NCBI GenBank assembly: GCA_031973355.1
Contig: DALYDF010000001.1
Span: forward strand, 20,341 to 68,852
DNA from: Candidatus Magasanikiibacteriota bacterium
GTDB taxonomy: Bacteria; Patescibacteriota; Patescibacteriia; Magasanikbacterales; UBA922
DNA: 48,512 nt
Reading direction: 5' to 3'
The position numbers and the translations under genes are program-made. Positions 42,743-48,512 of this stretch are shown piece after piece. Each line of letters starts with the position of its first letter. Position 1 is the first letter of the stretch. Below the pieces are notes generated by a model that saw only the letters and a program-made list of their open reading frames with translations, was not told the DNA's origin and ran no database searches.

Positions 42743-43423
42743 TTAGCGAATGGTGGTAGTTACGGTTGAAGTGGTGGTCGCACTCAAAGCAGATTCAGGA
42801 TTGTTTAATAATTTTTGGGCCATTTCTTGCAAAGTCTTATCATCGATTTTACTCAACACCTCTGGATCAATTTTACCAGTACTTAAAATTACATTGCGTA
42901 ATTGTTCAGGATTATTAATTAATGCTTCTAATTCAGCGGTCGCATTTGGGTCAGCCGCACTTGCTTGGCCACTAAAATTAAGAATGTCTGAAGGGGTTGC
43001 GGTTTGATTTAATAATGGTGAAGATAGACTAGAAGTAGCGGTTACCCCTGCGCTATCTGCCCCTGCACAAACCATGTCAGTTGGACACAATGGATCAGTT
43101 CCTTTTTCAATTTCAATTTTATCCATCACCCCATCGGAGTCACTGTCAGGTAAATACGGACTCGTTTCGTATTGTTGTAATTCTTCAAAATCAGTTAACC
43201 CATCTCGATCCGTATCAATATTTTTTAATCGCTCTTCATCATTATTTGTTAAAGAAGCAAAGGGATTAGTATCAGCTTTCTTAACTACGAATCGTCCGTA
43301 GATAGTATTTCGCAATTGCAATCCTCCTAAACCGACCGTAAGTATAGCAAAAATAAGCATAAAGATAAAACCAATCTTTTGCTCACGAGAAAATCCGGAG
43401 AGACTGCGTTGATTCGGCAACAT
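42743..43423 (-). CDS. Membrane-anchored protein with thrombospondin-type-3-like Ca-binding repeats
   Basis: The ATG at 43423 (MLPNQRSLSGFSREQKIGFIFMLIFAILTVGLGGL) is preferred, because the tracked start at 43456 is a TTG. Repeats: DTDRDGLTDFEE and DSDSDGVMDKIE. Confidence 0.75.
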   Translation of the reverse strand: MLPNQRSLSGFSREQKIGFIFMLIFAILTVGLGGLQLRNTIYGRFVVKKADTNPFASLTNNDEERLKNIDTDRDGLTDFEELQQYETSPYLPDSDSDGVMDKIEIEKGTDPLCPTDMVCAGADSAGVTATSSLSSPLLNQTATPSDILNFSGQASAADPNATAELEALINNPEQLRNVILSTGKIDPEVLSKIDDKTLQEMAQKLLNNPESALSATTTSTVTTTIR

Positions 43424-43446
43424 GGCCTGAAAATTAGATTGTTGGC

Positions 43447-43475
43447 AGTATACCAAAAAAGAGCCGTAGGCTCAA
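43447..43475 (-). promoter_or_regulatory. Extended -10 promoter for the TSP3-protein/giant-gene pair, embedded in the rsmA terminator
   Basis: Minus strand: TTGAGC (43475-43470), 17 nt ending in TGg, TATACT (43452-43447). Confidence 0.55.
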
Positions 43476-43481
43476 TTTTTT
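43455..43481 (-). terminator. Intrinsic terminator after rsmA
   Basis: Minus strand AAAAAAUUGAGCC-UAC-GGCUCUUUUUU. Confidence 0.65.
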
Positions 43482-43501
43482 AGTTAGTAACAGTGGATAG
43501 T

Positions 43502-44356
43502 TTAAAAAAGTTCGCGATACAACGCTTCCCACTGAACCAAAGTCAGTGACTCAGCGCGCGCGTTTTCCGAAATTGTGGCTGCCACAAACGCTTGTTTAAG
43601 GATTTCTGGATTAATTTTTAATTGAACAGCAATATTACTCAACATTTTTTTGCGTTTATGGGCAAAGGCCGCGTGCACCATGCTCATAAATTGGGCCGCC
43701 TGTGGTCGCTGTTTAATATTCGTTATTGCAATCACCGCTGAGTCAACATTAGGACTTGGCCAAAATGAACCGCGCGAAACTACGGTTACAAACCGTGGAT
43801 CACCAAAATAATGCGCCAGTACCGTTAAACTACTGGCGTCAGAGACACTAGTATACTTAGTTTTTTCACCTAATGGGGCAGTAATTCGATCGGCTACTTC
43901 TTGTTGTACCATCACCACAATTTTTTCTGGTAATGGGTCAAGTTCAAAAAAAGTTCGAAAAGCGCGCGCCGTAATTTGATACGGTAAATTCGCAACAATC
44001 TTATAATGAGACAATGTTTTTACGTGTTGCGGCAATTCTTTAAGCGCATTCCCCCACACCAGTGACACATTTTTATAATCCAGTGCTTGCCCCAACCAAT
44101 AATCTTTTAATTGTTGCTCAATTTCAAAACTAATTACCGTGTGCGCATTTTCCGCCAAGGCCAAGGTAAGTACACCAAACCCCGGACCAATTTCTACCAC
44201 CGTATCCGTAGGTGAAATTTCCGCGGCTCGCAACATTTCTCGAATTGGCCGTTCAGAAATTAAATAATTTTGACCATATTGTTTAGTAGGTTCAAACCCG
44301 GCTTGCACGCACAATTCTTTAAGGTGAGCCGGTTTAAACAAATCAGAATACGCCAT
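43502..44356 (-). CDS. rsmA: 16S rRNA (adenine1518/1519-N6)-dimethyltransferase
   Basis: GQNYL, SAM motif VVEIGPGFGVLT and VANLPYQIT. Confidence 0.9.
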   Translation of the reverse strand: MAYSDLFKPAHLKELCVQAGFEPTKQYGQNYLISERPIREMLRAAEISPTDTVVEIGPGFGVLTLALAENAHTVISFEIEQQLKDYWLGQALDYKNVSLVWGNALKELPQHVKTLSHYKIVANLPYQITARAFRTFFELDPLPEKIVVMVQQEVADRITAPLGEKTKYTSVSDASSLTVLAHYFGDPRFVTVVSRGSFWPSPNVDSAVIAITNIKQRPQAAQFMSMVHAAFAHKRKKMLSNIAVQLKINPEILKQAFVAATISENARAESLTLVQWEALYRELF

Positions 44357-44360
44357 ACTA

Positions 44361-45473
44361 TTATTTTTTTAAGCCACTACTAGTGTAATTATTGCTGGCA
44401 TTCCACAATAACCACCCACCATTTGGGTGTTTTTCAACCGCATCAATTTGCGCGCGAATTTTGGCGGCGTCATACCGCGCACCCATATGAAAAGCCTGTA
44501 ACCACGGCCGTACTTCTGCCCGGGTAGTGCTGGTAAAATACCCAATTCCTTTTTTCATGCCATTGGCAATTACTGCTCCGGGATTAGCCGCTGGATTTTC
44601 TAAGTTTAAATATCCTTTTGGATAATGTGAGGGATACATCATTGGTGAAATATAATCCACCGTATTTACACCATCAATTAAGCGCTGGCCAATTGACATC
44701 CCATCATGCCGCTCCATTACAAAGCCGAAAAAATCTAAGGAAATATACGCCGGTTCTGCTGCTAATTCTGTAGAAAGATACTGATAAAATTCCGCCATAT
44801 TTTGGTGACGTTTGGCAGTGGAAGTGGCAAAAACTGCCTGACTCAAATTACCATCAGTCGGAAAGCGCACATAATCAAAATTAATTTCATCAAATCCCAA
44901 ACCAATTGCTTCTTTGGCTAAATCAACATTATATTCCCACACTGTTCGGTTAGTGGGATCAACCCAGGCTAATCCCAAATTATCACGCCACAGGCCGCCG
45001 CGCTTATCTTTAATAGCTAAATCTGGTCGTGATTTGGCCAAGGCTGGATCTTGAAAAACAGTCTGACGAGCAATTACATAAATATTTTTAGCGTGTAATT
45101 GTTGTAATAAAGCTGGCACATCGGTAATTATTGGTTGACTTGTTTTTAAAGTAACCGACAGCGGCACGCTACTGGCGTATAACACTTTACCCGTATAATC
45201 TTTGGTATCAATCACCACAGCATTTAATTCTGTACTATCAATTAAGGCGATCATGGCTGCTAATTTTTTCGGATTAGCCGCGGATTGAGCCGTTAAATAA
45301 ATTCCCTTAGCTTTTTGTCGCGCCGGTTTTTCTTTAATTTTTACCGTCGTCGTAGTTGATTCAATTGGTTGTGACGCAACCGGTTGATCGGTTTGTGATT
45401 GCACCGCTACCACTACAAAAAAAATACTTATTACCAACACCGCAAGTGCCCCTGACATTCGAATCCTATTCAT
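44361..45473 (-). CDS. Putative glycoside-hydrolase-like TIM-barrel protein (GHL/DUF4015-type), membrane-anchored
   Basis: N-terminal TM helix. The pattern KGIYLT...LNAVVIDTKDYTG...WVDP...GFDEINFDYVRFP is, from memory, typical of that family. Confidence 0.65.
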   Translation of the reverse strand: MNRIRMSGALAVLVISIFFVVVAVQSQTDQPVASQPIESTTTTVKIKEKPARQKAKGIYLTAQSAANPKKLAAMIALIDSTELNAVVIDTKDYTGKVLYASSVPLSVTLKTSQPIITDVPALLQQLHAKNIYVIARQTVFQDPALAKSRPDLAIKDKRGGLWRDNLGLAWVDPTNRTVWEYNVDLAKEAIGLGFDEINFDYVRFPTDGNLSQAVFATSTAKRHQNMAEFYQYLSTELAAEPAYISLDFFGFVMERHDGMSIGQRLIDGVNTVDYISPMMYPSHYPKGYLNLENPAANPGAVIANGMKKGIGYFTSTTRAEVRPWLQAFHMGARYDAAKIRAQIDAVEKHPNGGWLLWNASNNYTSSGLKK

Positions 45474-45478
45474 ACTAC

Positions 45479-46087
45479 TTATAATTGAGGAATAATGGCA
45501 CCGGCTCGTAACACCTCGAAACCAGTTGGCTTTAATTTAATAATTGTCGAGGCAGGCACCACTGGCAAATCACCAACACTTATTACTAAATCCGGTTTAC
45601 TGGTGCGGTTAGAAAAAGTGGTAATAATGTTCACACCTGAAAATAGGGCGGGTTCACCGGCCAGATTGGCAGAAGTAGATACCAAGGGTACTTGTAAGGC
45701 GTGCGCTAATGCTCGCGCCACAGGATTACTGGTTACTCTAAACGCTAAGTATCCATCAGCACTCACAATCTTGTCAGCCAAAGCCGTGTTTGTTTGGGCT
45801 GGCACCACTACGGTTAAAGGGCCGGGCCAATATTTTTTATTAATTGCAGTCAATCGCTCATCCCAAATAATATAGGGTTTAATATCCTCAAGATCAGCCA
45901 CGACCACTAACATAGTTTTATGTATGTCGCGTTCTTTGATGGTAAAAATTTTATCTACCGCTGTTTGGTTCGTAGCGTCACAACCCAATCCATAACTAGT
46001 TTCGGTTGGGTACACCAAAATACTCCCCTGTTTTAATTCTTGGACTATTTTTTCCGCGTTAAATTCTGATTCAGAAATAATTCTCAC
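45479..46087 (-). CDS. tsaC: L-threonylcarbamoyladenylate synthase (YrdC/Sua5 family)
   Basis: YPTETSYGLGCDA, VSTSANLAGEP and a length of 202 aa. The GTG start overlaps the upstream stop (GTGA). Confidence 0.85.
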   Translation of the reverse strand: MRIISESEFNAEKIVQELKQGSILVYPTETSYGLGCDATNQTAVDKIFTIKERDIHKTMLVVVADLEDIKPYIIWDERLTAINKKYWPGPLTVVVPAQTNTALADKIVSADGYLAFRVTSNPVARALAHALQVPLVSTSANLAGEPALFSGVNIITTFSNRTSKPDLVISVGDLPVVPASTIIKLKPTGFEVLRAGAIIPQL

Positions 46088-46941
46088 ACGCGTAATTTTT
46101 TAAGAAAATTAAAAATTTTATACTGCACGGGCTTGATTGGTATTTCAAATGCCTGACCAAACGCAACCACTTGTCCACCAAAACCCAATTTAAATCGAGT
46201 CACGCCCGACAACGGATGATTAGTAACATCTGGCGGTGCAATTCCCCAAAAATCATACACGGTACAACCTTTTTTTTGCGCGCGCGTAATGGCTGACCAC
46301 TGCAAAAGATACGGGGCCATTACTTCCCGGTGCTCATTACTGGAAGCACCATGTAAGTAGGTATAGGTTTGCTCGTATTCTATAAAAATCGCACTGGCAA
46401 TTGGCTGCTCCGCTAAATATATCGTTCCTTGCTCAATCAGTGGATTCGCAATCATGTTTTGATAATACTCGGTTGAATGCGCACCAAATTTATCGCGACT
46501 ACTAGTTTCATTCATTAATGAAATAAATACCGCCGGATTTTTTTCCCAAGAAATCGTTAAGTTCTTTTTTTCTGCTAACCGAATATTGTATCGAGTTTTA
46601 GGGTGCATGGCCGTCAATAAGGCCTCAGCCGGTTGAGTAATATCTAAAATCAGGGTGTGGTGCGGTTGACGATTGTTGACCACTCGAGCCCCGGCCGGGA
46701 GAGTGGTTGGTACCTGAGGCTCACACCGAATAAAAATAATCCCCTGTTTTTGGGCTTCGATTCTTAATAATTCTAAGTCCACTTCAGTATAATGCGGGAC
46801 ATACCAAAAAGAACCCACTGGACTGGAATATTCTAAAACCTGACACTGAGCCACGATTTTAGCGCTACCCCCAACACTGGCTTGAAATGTGCCCCATTGG
46901 GCTGATTGTAGAAAGCTTTTTTGCATAGACCCAAATAGCAT
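46084..46941 (-). CDS. FemAB-family aminoacyl-tRNA-dependent peptidoglycan peptidyltransferase (FemX-like)
   Basis: LQSAQWGTFQ..., YLHGASS and APYLLQWSAITRAQKKGCTVYDFWG are typical of FemAB/lipid II:aminoacyl transferases. It is short (285 aa), a single-domain form. Confidence 0.75.
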   Translation of the reverse strand: MLFGSMQKSFLQSAQWGTFQASVGGSAKIVAQCQVLEYSSPVGSFWYVPHYTEVDLELLRIEAQKQGIIFIRCEPQVPTTLPAGARVVNNRQPHHTLILDITQPAEALLTAMHPKTRYNIRLAEKKNLTISWEKNPAVFISLMNETSSRDKFGAHSTEYYQNMIANPLIEQGTIYLAEQPIASAIFIEYEQTYTYLHGASSNEHREVMAPYLLQWSAITRAQKKGCTVYDFWGIAPPDVTNHPLSGVTRFKLGFGGQVVAFGQAFEIPIKPVQYKIFNFLKKLRV

Positions 46942-46972
46942 ACCGCAAAGCCAGGTTTTAGGCTATCCCCAC

Positions 46973-47001
46973 TTGATTTTTTCCGTAGTGTTCGGTATAC
47001 T
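46973..47001 (+). promoter_or_regulatory. sigma70-type promoter for rpmF-nusB-rnc
   Basis: TTGATT (46973-46978), 17 nt, TATACT (46996-47001). Confidence 0.55.
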
Positions 47002-47035
47002 ATCTAAGAATTTTATTTATTTCTTAAGCCATTTT

Positions 47036-47269
47036 ATGGGTTTACCAGCAAAAAAACGGACCAATCGGTCAAAACGCGATCGCGCCTCACACTTTGCCTT
47101 AAAAAAAGTTACTGTTCAAGTTGATGCAGAAGGTAACGCTCACTTACCACACCGCGCTTCTAAAGCCGGATTGTACCGTGGTAAAGCTCTAAAAACCACC
47201 AAAACAGCCGCTCCAGTTGCTAAAACTACCAAGCGCGCACCGGCTAAAAAGAAAAAGGCCGCCAAATAA
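47036..47269 (+). CDS. rpmF: 50S ribosomal protein L32 (Cys-less, with Lys/Ala-rich C-terminal tail)
   Basis: The ATG at 47036 gives MGLPAKKRTNRSKRDRASHFAL, the L32 N-terminal signature. The upstream part of the tracked ORF overlaps the promoter and the femX start. Confidence 0.8.
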   Translation: MGLPAKKRTNRSKRDRASHFALKKVTVQVDAEGNAHLPHRASKAGLYRGKALKTTKTAAPVAKTTKRAPAKKKKAAK

Positions 47270-47275
47270 TCTTGT

Positions 47276-47734
47276 ATGTCCAAGCGTCACTTGGCTCGGT
47301 CAGTCATTATGCAATCCCTCTATCAATGGGATTTCAAAGGTCGCCCTTCGGCGGCTATGCCGGCAATTATCGAACAAGTGATGGCAGAATTTGGCGCCGG
47401 GATTGAAGAAACCACGGGGTATATTCAAGACACCATTAATGGAGTAATTGACCACTTAGCGGAAATTGACGCTTTGGTTGATACCTATGCACCAAATTGG
47501 AAATTGACTGATATGTCGATTGTTGATCGTAATATTTTACGACTTGGGGTATTTGAACTTAAAATGGTAAGTCAAATTCCACCCAAAGTAGCCATTAATG
47601 AAGCAATTGAGCTAGCCAAAAGTTATGGTGGCCCATCTTCAGGAAAATTTGTGAATGGAATCTTGGGCGCAATGTACGCTGATATGCCCAAAACTACTGA
47701 ATCAGCCGTACCACCTACTCCCCCTACTCCCTAA
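47276..47734 (+). CDS. nusB: Transcription antitermination factor NusB
   Basis: [26 protein letters not shown] and [21 protein letters not shown]. Confidence 0.9.
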   Translation: MSKRHLARSVIMQSLYQWDFKGRPSAAMPAIIEQVMAEFGAGIEETTGYIQDTINGVIDHLAEIDALVDTYAPNWKLTDMSIVDRNILRLGVFELKMVSQIPPKVAINEAIELAKSYGGPSSGKFVNGILGAMYADMPKTTESAVPPTPPTP

Positions 47735-47736
47735 AT

Positions 47737-48498
47737 ATGCCCATTGAAAGTTACCAAGAAAAAGATTTCAAATCACTTGAAGAAAAAATCGGCGTCACTT
47801 TTAAGAATCCGGATTTTTTAGTTCAAGCTTTGGTACATCGTTCTTTTTTGAACGAAAATCGTAATTTTCCTTTGGCGCATAATGAACGCTTGGAATTTTT
47901 AGGCGACGCCGTCTTAGAATTAATTGTCACTGAATTTTTATTTCAAAATTATCTTAACCCCGAAGGTGAATTAACCAACTGGCGCGCTGCCTTGGTTAAT
48001 GCCAATATGTGTGCAGTAGTAGCGGAAGATATTGGTTTAGAACCATATTTGTTTTTAAGTAACGGCGAATCAAAAGATGCTAATACTAAAGCCCGTGGGT
48101 ATATTTTAGCCAATGCTTTGGAAGCAGTGATTGGTGCGATTTATTTAGACCAAGGTTGGGACTTAGCCAAACAATTTGTTATTCGTTGGATAATTTCTAA
48201 ACTACCTGAAGTATTGGAATTAGGATTATGGATGGATCCAAAATCTCGGTTCCAAGAATCAGCTCAAGAAATTGTTGGTGTAACTCCTACCTATAAAGTC
48301 ATGAAAGAAGATGGCCCTGATCATGAAAAGAATTTTGTGGTTGGTGTATTTTTAGGCAAAGAAAAAATTGCTGAAGGTCTGGGGACTAGTAAACAAGAAG
48401 CTCAAACCGATGCTGCCGAAGCTGCCCTACGCATCAAAGGCTGGAAAGGTCCAAAGATTGCCATTATTGGACGAGGTGAAAACGACCCACTTGGCTAG
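47737..48498 (+). CDS. rnc: Ribonuclease III
   Basis: The RNase III signature NERLEFLGDAVLE plus a C-terminal dsRBD (KSRFQE...PDHEKNFVVGV...AALR). Confidence 0.92.
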   Translation: MPIESYQEKDFKSLEEKIGVTFKNPDFLVQALVHRSFLNENRNFPLAHNERLEFLGDAVLELIVTEFLFQNYLNPEGELTNWRAALVNANMCAVVAEDIGLEPYLFLSNGESKDANTKARGYILANALEAVIGAIYLDQGWDLAKQFVIRWIISKLPEVLELGLWMDPKSRFQESAQEIVGVTPTYKVMKEDGPDHEKNFVVGVFLGKEKIAEGLGTSKQEAQTDAAEAALRIKGWKGPKIAIIGRGENDPLG

Positions 48499-48512
48499 AC
48501 ATTTCTTACAAT

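Noticed and set aside
11455-45875. Long antisense ORFs inside housekeeping genes: 11455-11784, 20476-20949, 21127-21408, 31644-32228 and 45495-45875.
   Set aside because: Each lies opposite a gene with clear family motifs (YqeY, SMC, AspRS, TsaC). Ser/Ala/Thr-rich antisense composition is typical of shadow frames.
1-48512. CRISPR arrays, IS elements/transposases, integrases and rRNA genes.
   Set aside because: I saw no regularly spaced direct repeats, no transposase- or integrase-like ORF and no rRNA-like sequence anywhere in the window. The two G+C-rich islands carry no mobility gene.

Overview
Gene-dense 48.5-kb window, low G+C by eye, with about 33 protein genes, most on the minus strand. 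No database search or folding program was run; all calls come from reading the sequence and the ORF track.

Taxon (inference): the gene content suggests a small-genome CPR/Patescibacteria-like bacterium. The evidence is a minimal housekeeping set, S16/L32/HisRS with Lys/Ala-rich tails, a FemAB-family gene, and giant Cys-rich surface proteins with T4SS-pilin-like anchors.

Backbone genes, in coordinate order:
- Minus strand: yqeY-like, rpsU, hisS, lepB, tRNA-Ile, tRNA-Val, KH-domain protein, rpsP, lysA, smc.
- Plus strand: DHH phosphoesterase, truncated Rel.
- Minus strand: parB, parA. Plus strand: tRNA-Leu.
- Minus strand: ATP-grasp ligase, S11 DD-carboxypeptidase, scpB, scpA, aspS, rsmA, GHL-type TIM-barrel hydrolase, tsaC, FemAB-family transferase.
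- Plus strand: rpmF, nusB, rnc.

Many transcription units carry near-consensus TTGACA-17-TAnnnT promoters and clean hairpin/U-tract terminators.

Accessory or unusual content:
1. A giant ORF of more than 3045 codons fills 1-9136 on the minus strand. It is absent from the ORF track only because its stop lies outside the window. It is coupled to a 751-aa paralog-anchored partner.
2. A second coupled module pairs a TSP3-repeat membrane protein with a 2863-aa Cys-rich giant.
3. Two small islands of about 58-60% G+C sit in spacers of about 30-36% G+C. One carries a 73-codon ORF at 19.6-19.9 kb and the other a lipoprotein gene at 33.3-34.1 kb. Each has a strong SD and each is bracketed by a 9-bp inverted repeat.
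4. Between smc and lysA lies a 74-nt anticodon-less tRNA-like RNA with the alanine identity set (G3:U70, A73, encoded CCA; tmRNA-TLD-like). Next to it is an ~80-nt promoter/terminator-defined sRNA that carries a 12-nt perfect complement to it.
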